The notes under the pieces are model-generated. The model was not told the DNA's origin and ran no database searches. It worked only from the letters and a program-made list of their open reading frames with translations. A DNA stretch of 64,000 nt, from NCBI GenBank assembly GCA_016860985.1, contig BOKM01000001.1, positions 789,857 through 853,856 on the forward strand. The letters are read 5' to 3'. This DNA is from Patescibacteria group bacterium (GTDB taxonomy: Bacteria; Patescibacteriota; Dojkabacteria; GCA-002793355). Below, piece by piece: positions 1-8,126 of this stretch. A program made the position numbers and the translations under genes. Numbering within the stretch: position 1 is the stretch's first letter; every line of letters begins with the position of its first letter.

Positions 1-88
1 TATCCGCAAGACCAAAAGAAAAGCAGGTATCTAAAAGGGTGTATTCGGCGCTTCCTTGATTTCATTATCCTCAGTAATTGTATAAAAT

Positions 89-898
89 ATGACTATGTTG
101 TTTTGGATTCTACGAATTCTATTATTGTTTATATTGTTAGTCATCCTTGTTTGGGTCGCAGGTTACATTTATTCAAATGATTTTTCTGTTCAGACTAAGT
201 CTTTGAAAGATTTTAATAACCGCAAGATATTAGTCATCTTTCCACATGCTGATGATGAAGCACTTTCTGCTGGCGGGGTTTTATCAAAATTAGCAGGTAA
301 TGGTGCCAATTTACGTTGGATCATTTTAACAAAAGGTGAAAAGGGAACTCCAAATGGAGAAATAAATGAGAGTTTAAAGCAAATTAGAATTGATGAGTCA
401 CGTCATACAGCAGAAATACTACATGTTGATTCAGTAATCCAAGGTGATTTTCCTGATGGGGGTCTGAACTCAGCTGACAAAAAATTAAACCAATATATTG
501 AACAGCAGATTGATGATTTTAAGCCTGATCTTGTTTTAACATACGATTTATCAGGGTTATATGGTCATCCAGATCACATAGCTGCTTCCGAGATAACTAC
601 TCGCATTATCTCCAATAGACCCAAAACACAATTGTGGTATGTATCTTTTCCAAAAAGAATATTAGCAACTATCACTTTGCCGACACATATGGCAGAAGAT
701 GTTAACTTTATGAATCGGCGAATGAATCCAACTCACAAGATATGGGTTGGATTAAGAGGTATTTGGAATAAAATTCGAATTTCTTATGTTTATGAAAGCC
801 AAGGAGGCTCATCCTCAAAAAATATGCCAGTAAAATTTATTCCTTTTTGGTTTTATATTTCGCTAACCCCATTCGAGTACTTTTATGAGGTTAAATAA
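89..898 (+). CDS. PIG-L/LmbE family N-acetylglucosaminyl deacetylase-like protein with N-terminal TM helix
   Basis: Motifs HADDEALSAGG and GHPDH (metal-binding His/Asp of the PIG-L fold); hydrophobic N-terminus. Confidence 0.7.
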   Translation: MTMLFWILRILLLFILLVILVWVAGYIYSNDFSVQTKSLKDFNNRKILVIFPHADDEALSAGGVLSKLAGNGANLRWIILTKGEKGTPNGEINESLKQIRIDESRHTAEILHVDSVIQGDFPDGGLNSADKKLNQYIEQQIDDFKPDLVLTYDLSGLYGHPDHIAASEITTRIISNRPKTQLWYVSFPKRILATITLPTHMAEDVNFMNRRMNPTHKIWVGLRGIWNKIRISYVYESQGGSSSKNMPVKFIPFWFYISLTPFEYFYEVK

Positions 899-1172
899 TT
901 ATTTCTTCAAAGTAATGCTCGTTATTTCTTCTTTTGTTTTAGGAGTTATTTCAGCCTTCTTATACGAATCGTTAGCAGGGATAATTGGTAAAAACATATT
1001 TAACAAAGAGGCATTAGTGATCTATGGATATAAGCTACATCACAGTCTGTATGGAGTCTTATTTTTAGCTTTAGCCTATGTCAACAGAAATGTATTTTTA
1101 GCTGGCTTTGGACTTGGAATTATTACGCAGCATACACTTACAGATGGTTTCAGATTTATTCAAAAAATGTGA
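885..1172 (+). CDS. small integral membrane protein (2-3 TM), hypothetical
   Basis: 95 aa, hydrophobic helices; overlaps stop of upstream gene by 14 nt (operon-like). Confidence 0.4.
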   Translation: MRLNNYFFKVMLVISSFVLGVISAFLYESLAGIIGKNIFNKEALVIYGYKLHHSLYGVLFLALAYVNRNVFLAGFGLGIITQHTLTDGFRFIQKM

Positions 1173-1317
1173 ATTTTCATTTCCTACCGGTAGGTAATGG
1201 ATATTTTTGATTTAGCTCGATAGTACGGTATTTTATATTTTTCTTTTACCCTCTTATTCCTTATATATAAGGGAGAGGAATGATACAATCATTCCAAACT
1301 GCCCCAGCTTAACTACT

Positions 1318-2091
1318 ATGGACAGCCAATTACTACCAACAGCACAACTAGACATTCTCCAATATCTCTATAGATTCCGTTTCTTAAATAGCTCACAACT
1401 TCAACGACTACTAACTCACAGCAACATCCGTCTAACAAATTACCATCTTAAAAATCTCATCACACACAACTACATCGGTAAACACTACTCACGATCTTTA
1501 GGACTAGCCAACCTACCAGCCGTTTATTATCTATCATCTCAAAGTATCAAAGTTTTATCAGACAGTCCGAATTTTGATAAACGAGCACTGAAACGTATTT
1601 ACCGAGAGAAAATAAGATCCCAGCAGTTTATAGCTCACTGCTCATTTGTTGCCGAGTACTTCCTCTATTTACGAGGTGAATCAGAAAAATCAAAACATGC
1701 ACTCCATTTTTTCACTAAAACCGATCTTCTTGCTCACCCGTACCTAATACACCCATTGCCAGACGCCTACTTTGCCAGAGTCGGTAATAAAAAGGAAACC
1801 AAACGATACTTTGTGGAAGTGGTCGAGGACAGCTCTCCGCGTTTTGCTCTACGCAAACGAATAGAACAATATTGTGACTACATTGATGATGGCAAATTCA
1901 CAGAAGCCACTGGCCATGATTTTCCAACCCTTCTATTTATCTGCCCAGGTTACGCCAGTTTGATCTACCTTAAAAAACATATTGCCCGCATATATGAAGA
2001 AACCTCACTTGATCAAATAGAAATTTATATCGCCACCAAAGAACAAGCTTTTGCTGGTAGTTGGGAAAAGATAGAGGCAGAAGAAGACTAG
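1318..2091 (+). CDS. replication-relaxation (Replic_Relax) family protein
   Basis: N-terminal LDILQYLYRFRFLNSSQLQRLL wHTH typical of the plasmid/ICE replication-relaxation family; preceded by 14-bp perfect palindrome CCTTATATATAAGG and -10-like TGATACAAT. Confidence 0.55.
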   Translation: MDSQLLPTAQLDILQYLYRFRFLNSSQLQRLLTHSNIRLTNYHLKNLITHNYIGKHYSRSLGLANLPAVYYLSSQSIKVLSDSPNFDKRALKRIYREKIRSQQFIAHCSFVAEYFLYLRGESEKSKHALHFFTKTDLLAHPYLIHPLPDAYFARVGNKKETKRYFVEVVEDSSPRFALRKRIEQYCDYIDDGKFTEATGHDFPTLLFICPGYASLIYLKKHIARIYEETSLDQIEIYIATKEQAFAGSWEKIEAEED

Positions 2092-2589
2092 CTACGGCAT
2101 GAAGAAATAGTTATATTCATCAAATGGAAAATGCCCAGCGGGTTTGTTCAAGAGGAGATCAGCCAACTCCCACGCTGTCATATTTTCCGATATTCTATAT
2201 TCTGCATTCGTATCGATTGTGCCGTCTTTGCCGACTTTGATAGCCTTGTCGCTTGGCGTGGTGTCCTTAGTGTGTTCTAGAGCGTACCTAAAAGCTTTTT
2301 CATCTCTCACAAAGCCGTAATAGAAAAGATTTCCTATAAGAGCGTCGAGTGTAACTTCTGTACTAATTCTTAAATCTGCTGTTCCGTCTACACCTGGCTT
2401 CGATCTAATTTGCTCTGCTTCGGCAACTGGCATATGCAGGCGTTCGATAAAATAGTCTTCTACCTTTTTGGCTGATTCCCAATCTTTGCCTGGAGCCTTA
2501 AAATTTTCTTCATTGTGTTTCGTGAAGAAATAATACACAAAACCACCAACCAATATGAGAATTACTAAAGCAATAAATTTCCTGCCCAT
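2092..2589 (-). CDS. membrane-anchored hypothetical protein
   Basis: N-terminal TM helix, no recognisable catalytic motif. Confidence 0.35.
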   Translation of the reverse strand: MGRKFIALVILILVGGFVYYFFTKHNEENFKAPGKDWESAKKVEDYFIERLHMPVAEAEQIRSKPGVDGTADLRISTEVTLDALIGNLFYYGFVRDEKAFRYALEHTKDTTPSDKAIKVGKDGTIDTNAEYRISENMTAWELADLLLNKPAGHFPFDEYNYFFMP

Positions 2590-2621
2590 AAACTCATTAT
2601 AGAACAGTAGGGCAAACGTTT

Positions 2622-2981
2622 TTAGAGTTTTTTAACAACTTCACCAATATCAACTAAATTGGCTTTACCTAAATCAACATCTGTTCCTCTGACGCTATTT
2701 CCACTCATCCCAACTGTTTTAACACGTGGAGCGTGTTCTCTGATTGCTCTTAAGACTGATTGGCCATCGTGTCCATCAGAATCATATTCGTTGAGGTTTC
2801 CGTCGATTACCGCCACATCCACACTCAATTCACCAAGGCGTTTAACTAATCGTAATGCGTCCGGGAGATTTGTTGCGCATGCAACAATGGTGTGTCCAGC
2901 TTCCTCAAGAAATTCCTTGAGAAAACTCTGATAATCCTTATTATCTTCTGCTATAAATACTCTTGCTTTTTCTGGTGACAT
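2622..2981 (-). CDS. stand-alone response-regulator receiver (CheY-like REC) domain protein
   Basis: VFIAEDN acidic pair and VAVIDGNL phospho-Asp region. ORF track starts at 3002, but a strong SD (AAAGGAG) precedes the internal ATG at 2981 (MSPEKARVF...), so 2981 is the likelier start. Confidence 0.55.
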   Translation of the reverse strand: MSPEKARVFIAEDNKDYQSFLKEFLEEAGHTIVACATNLPDALRLVKRLGELSVDVAVIDGNLNEYDSDGHDGQSVLRAIREHAPRVKTVGMSGNSVRGTDVDLGKANLVDIGEVVKKL

Positions 2982-3087
2982 ACTTCTCCTTTTTCGTTCC
3001 ATTTGGAACCATTAAGGAGGTAAGTTACTCTCTCTCTCTCTCAAAGTCAAGCTTTGATTGCTAGAACAAGCTAATTCAGGAGACAAG

Positions 3088-3119
3088 AGCAGCCTCAATG
3101 GTTAATCCTTGAGGCTGCT
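3088..3119. terminator. 11-bp perfect-stem hairpin (AGCAGCCTCAA-N10-TTGAGGCTGCT) with flanking A/T runs
   Basis: Direct reading; overlaps the stop of 3102..3323(-); a (CT)6 microsatellite lies just beyond at 3031-3043. Confidence 0.4.
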
Positions 3120-3323
3120 AATTGAAAAAAAATACCTGCGGTTATAGTAATAATCGAGTTCTTTTCGTCCTTCCTCCGTTTGTCTGAACTCATAAAATAG
3201 TCGTGCCCCTTTATCGCTTAAGAGTGGGACAAACTCGGGTAAGTCGTTTAGCGGGACTTTGCGAAACTCCTGCAATCGTAAATCTACTGTGTAGCCTTTA
3301 AAAACTGGTAATCTTCTGATCAT
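3102..3323 (-). CDS. hypothetical protein (73 aa)
   Basis: ORF only; its 3' end overlaps an 11-bp-stem hairpin (3088-3119). Confidence 0.3.
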   Translation of the reverse strand: MIRRLPVFKGYTVDLRLQEFRKVPLNDLPEFVPLLSDKGARLFYEFRQTEEGRKELDYYYNRRYFFSISSLKD

Positions 3324-3382
3324 ATATTTTCCTTTCTTGGATACCCATCCGCGGGGTTGGGGCCCCGCGGTGGATACAATAT

Positions 3383-3697
3383 TTATAATTTTGCTTTGGG
3401 TACGACCTCACTAATTCTCTTCTCATCAAAATATAAATCACGCTCAATCCCTACGCCAAAGTTGCCGCGGTAGCTTTCGAGTTCATCTAGAGAGAAAGAA
3501 CCCCATTCATCGTTCCAATCCCCAAAGATGGAAACGAAGCCGAAAAACTCTCTTGATGCTGGATCGTACTCGGTGGCGTACCACGTACCCGCGCCTGTCG
3601 GGTTGAAGAACTTGGCAACCACTATGGGATCGCTGCTGTCCTCCTGTCTGCCTAGCTTGGCGAATCTGACTAAAAGTTCCTTGGTTAATAGTTTCAT
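3383..3697 (-). CDS. DUF2958 domain protein (family common on plasmids/ICEs, often near anti-restriction genes)
   Basis: MKLLTKELL...DPIVVAKFFNPTGAGTWYATEYDP matches the DUF2958 N-terminal signature. Confidence 0.6.
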   Translation of the reverse strand: MKLLTKELLVRFAKLGRQEDSSDPIVVAKFFNPTGAGTWYATEYDPASREFFGFVSIFGDWNDEWGSFSLDELESYRGNFGVGIERDLYFDEKRISEVVPKAKL

Positions 3698-3742
3698 AAT
3701 TTCTCACCTCCTTCTTTTGGCTCTTCCCGAAAATTAATAGTT

Positions 3743-3764
3743 GGGAAGTATGGCCATACTTCCC
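3743..3764. promoter_or_regulatory. 22-bp perfect palindrome GGGAAGTATGG|CCATACTTCCC between divergent genes (operator candidate)
   Basis: Direct reading; lies between the DUF2958 operon start and the 3907 gene. Confidence 0.45.
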
Positions 3765-3906
3765 ATACTTGGGTGATTTTTTAGCGGGGTGAATTTTGCA
3801 AGGGCAAACGAAGTGCAGTTTATTGGAGCGAAGCGGAAACCCTTGCGAAATGAGGGGTAAGACCCCTGAAATTGAATCTATAAGACTTATAGTGTAAAAT
3901 CCCCGC

Positions 3907-5223
3907 ATGGCTAGACCAGAAAGCATTACAGGTTTAATTCCCGGCTTAAACAAGGGTTTTGAGGAGCTTAATGACGCTCAACACGCTTTTGATACTGAGG
4001 CACAACTAGAGCCTGGTAGAATTCTCTGGTTTGATAAGACATATGGTGCAAGCCGAGATGGAAAACGTGCTCGAGCATTACTTCAAGCGGCTACCCTAGA
4101 ACCTGAAACGTTATTCCGCGGTGCCCCCCCCAGTACGTTAATTGAGACAACTTCAACTGGCGCAAGAACAGTAAATATTCCATGGAAAGATTGGGGTGGT
4201 GATGCTTATTTAAATCTCAAGGGTATCGGAGCAATAACTTTTGGACAAACAAAAGAAGCAACAGAGCACTTAAACTGGCAAATCCACAAACGACGCGCAG
4301 TAGGCTGGAATGGCGTTGCAGGTAGAGAAATTGTATCTCAAGCAGATCAAGAAGCCGCTACTTTTCAGCATTTAGTTAAACATAATCCCGAATTAGAATG
4401 GGATATTAATGCACCTATTTGGCGTCCAATAGCTATAGCGGCAGGAAAAGGACATATTGCCGCACTACAAGACCCATATTTCGATACAGGAAAATATGGA
4501 ATAGAGCAATCTGCTGTAAGTGCTCGAAGGCTACCTTATACAAAGCATAGATTGGATGAATATGTGGAGTTTCATAACCCTACTCCCGATTCTTTAGAAG
4601 GACTAAGGAAGCTTGATTCGCTATGGAATCATCAGGACACTTCACATACTTTTATTAGAGCTGCTGAAAGACTTGGTAAAGCGTACAAGATATTTAAGCA
4701 GGCTGACGTGTTTCATATGCAAGCTTTTACACTTGCTAGGTACAAAGAAGGTTCGGCTGCTTGGATGAACTTTAACAACATAGCGATTGACGGGTCTGTT
4801 GGGGATTTAGACTGTGGTCAAAAAGTAGATCCTGAATCTAGCTATGTTTGGTGGCAAATGCGTGAAGCATTTGGTAGTGCTCTTATGTATTTAATGTTCA
4901 CTCACCGAATGAAGCCAAAATTATTAAACGATAAATCTTTCCTAAATAAATTCTTCGCAAGTTGGAGAGAAGGAATAGGAAGTGACTATGTGGAGCAATT
5001 AAAATGGGAATTTGACAACAAAGGAACTTTTGAGGACGTAACCAATGGTATTGAAACATTTGCCCGTTGGTTTAGCTCTCCAGCTGACACGCGCCCCGAT
5101 GGTTCTCGCGATACACTCGGGTGGCAAAATTACTTAGGTCATAAAACAAAAGATATATGGACGGCTTCTGCTAATGAAGTCGTCAAAGCAGTAAGAAAAA
5201 ATCGATCTTCTGTAGGTATTTAG
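3907..5223 (+). CDS. hypothetical protein (438 aa, soluble), noticeably GC-richer than its neighbours
   Basis: Long ORF with no recognised motifs; contains a C8 homopolymer near 4125-4132; followed by a clean rho-independent terminator. Confidence 0.45.
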   Translation: MARPESITGLIPGLNKGFEELNDAQHAFDTEAQLEPGRILWFDKTYGASRDGKRARALLQAATLEPETLFRGAPPSTLIETTSTGARTVNIPWKDWGGDAYLNLKGIGAITFGQTKEATEHLNWQIHKRRAVGWNGVAGREIVSQADQEAATFQHLVKHNPELEWDINAPIWRPIAIAAGKGHIAALQDPYFDTGKYGIEQSAVSARRLPYTKHRLDEYVEFHNPTPDSLEGLRKLDSLWNHQDTSHTFIRAAERLGKAYKIFKQADVFHMQAFTLARYKEGSAAWMNFNNIAIDGSVGDLDCGQKVDPESSYVWWQMREAFGSALMYLMFTHRMKPKLLNDKSFLNKFFASWREGIGSDYVEQLKWEFDNKGTFEDVTNGIETFARWFSSPADTRPDGSRDTLGWQNYLGHKTKDIWTASANEVVKAVRKNRSSVGI

Positions 5224-5304
5224 TATTATCGTGTCGGTCTGACGATCCATCTTCTTGACTTTCCGTCTGGTTAGGATAATAATTCCCTCAAGTTCAACAG
5301 AGCT

Positions 5305-5328
5305 GCCCCTCCGGATAGGGGCTTTTTT
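5305..5328 (+). terminator. rho-independent terminator (GCCCCT-CCGGAT-AGGGGC + T6)
   Basis: 6-bp GC stem, 6-nt loop, TTTTTT run directly after the 3907..5223 stop. Confidence 0.7.
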
Positions 5329-5381
5329 GTAACCAGACCTGCCTAATATTTATAAATTAGTAATTTATATGGAGGTAGGTT

Positions 5382-5717
5382 ATGAATAAAAAGATTATTA
5401 TCTTCTCATCAGTCGCCATTACGGCACTAACTTTTGCTTCACCAGTCTTTGCCGCTTCGGGTGATGTCACCAAAATCGAAACGTTCATTAAGAGTGTCAT
5501 CCAAGTACTCGTAACACTTGCTGGACTAATTTCTGCCGGATTTTTTGTCTGGGGAGGCGTTGGCTACATTACTAGCTCAGGCAACCCAGAAACTCTTGAT
5601 CGCTCCAAAAAAACAATTTTGTATTCAGCTATCGGGCTCGCGGTTGTGCTTGGTGCTTTCGTGCTGACAAATATTGTTTCAGATCTGGCAACTGGAGCAT
5701 TTGGCGCGGCTCAGTAA
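5382..5717 (+). CDS. VirB2/TrbC-like T4SS pilin
   Basis: Signal peptide ending VFA-AS followed by two hydrophobic helices (111 aa), the classic VirB2/TrbC topology; GGAGGT SD; first gene of a compact T4SS operon. Confidence 0.6.
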   Translation: MNKKIIIFSSVAITALTFASPVFAASGDVTKIETFIKSVIQVLVTLAGLISAGFFVWGGVGYITSSGNPETLDRSKKTILYSAIGLAVVLGAFVLTNIVSDLATGAFGAAQ

Positions 5718-5745
5718 GTCGGCCAATATTGGAATATGAACAAAT

Positions 5746-6825
5746 ATGAAATTATTAGTATTGGTAGCAACCATACTCATAGCTCTCTTCACTCCAACGC
5801 TTGCGTATGCTTCAACTAGCGCGCCTACGGAGGTGACAGCGTTTACCAATGACGCACTTTCAATAGTTACACTTATCTCGGCCGCAGCAGCGGTCTTTTT
5901 TTTAATTCGAGGTGGCTATATCTATATTACTTCAAGTGGGAAACCTGATGCACTTGAAGAGGCAAAGAAAACCATTCGCAACTCATTACTTGGGCTTGTT
6001 ATAGTCCTAGCATCGAGCGGATTAATTTCACTTTTGTCTGGTGCGCTCGTAGGGGAAACTGGAAGCACCAATGTCACAACCCTGCCTATTACTCAGATAG
6101 AAAGTGTGGCTCCAAGCGATGGACTCACTCAAGTGCTGATCGATGCAGTCAACGGCTTTATCCAAAACATTGTTGAGAGTTCCACTAAACCAATAGTTGA
6201 TGGCATTATGACTTTTCTTTCAACCACTCCGTCGCTTCTTGAGAATGCTTCAATTGTTAAATTCTGGCTAATCATGCTCGGGATTACCGATACACTGTTT
6301 GTGCTGGTTGTGGCACTTTTAGGCCTTCAGTTTATGAGTGCTTCCACCTTTGGATTTGAAGAGATTGAATTTAAACATTTACTTCCTCGAATTGGGCTAG
6401 CCTTCTTAGGAGCAAATGTTTCGCTATTCTTGGCTGACTATGCCATCAAAGCTAGCAATGCTTTGGTTTCTGGTGTCATTTCCGCTACTGGAGGACTAAA
6501 TCACGCATGGATTAGTAATGCCGTTACTATCTCAAGTATTACTAACGGTACTGCACCATTTATTATCCTAATTTTCCTACTCATATTTTTGATTGTGGCG
6601 ATTGTGCTACTTCTGATGTATATCAGTCGCTTGATTGTGATCTCACTTGGTGCCGTGCTTTCGCCCTTTATTTTTCTCCTATCAGCAATTCCCAAAACTG
6701 CCGATTTTGCCGAAATGGCAGTTAAAGGATATTTCGTTTCAGTTTTTATGATCTTTGTGCATGTGGTCACGATTCAACTGGCTGGTACTTTTTTAACGCT
6801 TCCAGAGCAAACAAATAATTACTGA
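5746..6825 (+). CDS. VirB2-like N-terminal module fused to a VirB6/TrbL-like polytopic membrane domain
   Basis: N-terminal 100 aa repeat the pilin architecture; C-terminal about 250 aa has at least 5 TM helices. The reading frame continues in-frame past the TGA at 6823-6825 for 68 more codons, to 7030. Confidence 0.5.
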   Translation: MKLLVLVATILIALFTPTLAYASTSAPTEVTAFTNDALSIVTLISAAAAVFFLIRGGYIYITSSGKPDALEEAKKTIRNSLLGLVIVLASSGLISLLSGALVGETGSTNVTTLPITQIESVAPSDGLTQVLIDAVNGFIQNIVESSTKPIVDGIMTFLSTTPSLLENASIVKFWLIMLGITDTLFVLVVALLGLQFMSASTFGFEEIEFKHLLPRIGLAFLGANVSLFLADYAIKASNALVSGVISATGGLNHAWISNAVTISSITNGTAPFIILIFLLIFLIVAIVLLLMYISRLIVISLGAVLSPFIFLLSAIPKTADFAEMAVKGYFVSVFMIFVHVVTIQLAGTFLTLPEQTNNY

Positions 6826-7030
6826 TCTCGGTAGCAGTTGCAATTGGGCTTCTTTTAACCCTACTCAAAATCCCTTCATTCATGATGCAGCTCATCTTAT
6901 TCTCCCGTAGTGTTGGAGCAGTTCGCCACGTTGGGAGTCAAATTACCAATGTGCTTAGTACTGATTCAAGCGCCTCAGCATCATCAAAGGCTGCCAGGTC
7001 GGTTACAACGCCCAGAAAGACCGTACATCT

Positions 7031-7504
7031 ATGAGAACTACAATTATTCCAGCACAAATAACGACTGTTGAGGACAAGATCGCCGGATCACTTAACATGA
7101 CCCAAATCTTGATCCTCATGTTTCCGGTTCTTTGGACTGCGCTCATCTACATTTTGTTTGCGCCTGCCATGAAACTTGTACCCTACAAACTAGGACTCAT
7201 TGGTGTTGTGATCATGATCTGCTTGATTCTAGTTATTCGAATAAAAGACAAAATAGTAGCTGAGTGGCTTGGAGTGGTACTCAGGTATCAATTCCGTCCG
7301 AAGTACTGGCTTTATAACAAAAACGATACAACCAATCGCATTATTGATATTCCTGACATCCCAGATATTGCCGTTATTAAAAGAAAAACAACAAAGAAAG
7401 CATCTAGTGATCAAAAGACCGAAATAAATATTTCTGACCTTGTTCGTCTCGAGCAATTAATCGACTCAGGCAAGGTAGCCGTTCGTTATCAAATGAAAAA
7501 TTAA
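7031..7504 (+). CDS. VirB3/PrgI-like small T4SS membrane protein
   Basis: Two N-terminal TM helices then a hydrophilic tail; sits immediately upstream of VirB4, as VirB3 does. Confidence 0.4.
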   Translation: MRTTIIPAQITTVEDKIAGSLNMTQILILMFPVLWTALIYILFAPAMKLVPYKLGLIGVVIMICLILVIRIKDKIVAEWLGVVLRYQFRPKYWLYNKNDTTNRIIDIPDIPDIAVIKRKTTKKASSDQKTEINISDLVRLEQLIDSGKVAVRYQMKN

Positions 7505-7508
7505 AACT

Positions 7509-8126
7509 ATGAGTATTTTTAGCAAATCTAAAAAATCTAGTAGCCGTCAACAAATCCAGATTAAAGAAGTCGTGGATAATATCCTCGTTCTGCCTAATAA
7601 CGAATATCGGCAAATCCTTGAAACTTCATCAGTCAATTTTGAGCTCAAGAGTGAAGAAGAACAGGATGTGATTATCGATAGCTTTCAAAACTTCTTAAAC
7701 TCACTTCCGCGTGAAATCCAAATACTCGTTCGTGTAAGGGAAGTCGATATTGATCGCTACGTCGAAGATATTGGCAAAACTAAAGATAAAGAAACTATTC
7801 CTGCCTACAAAAAGCAGATTGAGGGCTATTGCTCATTCGTTAAAAAACTTGTTTCAGGTAACAAAATCCTTTCGAGGCGTTTCTACATTGTCATTCCTTA
7901 CAAACACACTGAGCGTCATCAGGACATGAAACTCATCAAAGAACACTTGAACCTTGAGAAGGACATTATTATTAAAGGTTTGGAGAGAATGCAGATGAAA
8001 GCCCGAAGCATAACAGGTCTTGAAATTCTCAATTTATTTTATGGCTTCTACAACCCGGAAAGTTTGAAAACTCAGGCAATTACAAAGGAAACTGTCGAAG
8101 CCTTACTAAAAAACAACTATGTTTAA
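7509..8126 (+). CDS. VirB4-family ATPase, N-terminal fragment (split gene)
   Basis: VLPNNEYRQILETSSVNFELKSEEEQDVII resembles the N-terminal region of Gram-positive VirB4/TraE homologues; 205 + 599 aa = full VirB4 length. Confidence 0.5.
   Translation: MSIFSKSKKSSSRQQIQIKEVVDNILVLPNNEYRQILETSSVNFELKSEEEQDVIIDSFQNFLNSLPREIQILVRVREVDIDRYVEDIGKTKDKETIPAYKKQIEGYCSFVKKLVSGNKILSRRFYIVIPYKHTERHQDMKLIKEHLNLEKDIIIKGLERMQMKARSITGLEILNLFYGFYNPESLKTQAITKETVEALLKNNYV

Noticed and set aside
3507-3953. 148-aa ORF on the minus strand, with 3528-3737(+) and 2659-2931(+)
   Set aside because: They overlap better-supported genes (DUF2958 and REC) on the opposite strand or frame and have no motifs, so they are likely shadow ORFs.
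3907-5223. Relaxase call for the 438-aa orphan based on HQDTSHTF resembling the HxDxxHxH metal-binding motif
   Set aside because: The final His of the 3-His motif is replaced by Phe and no N-terminal catalytic Tyr motif is recognisable. The evidence is too weak.
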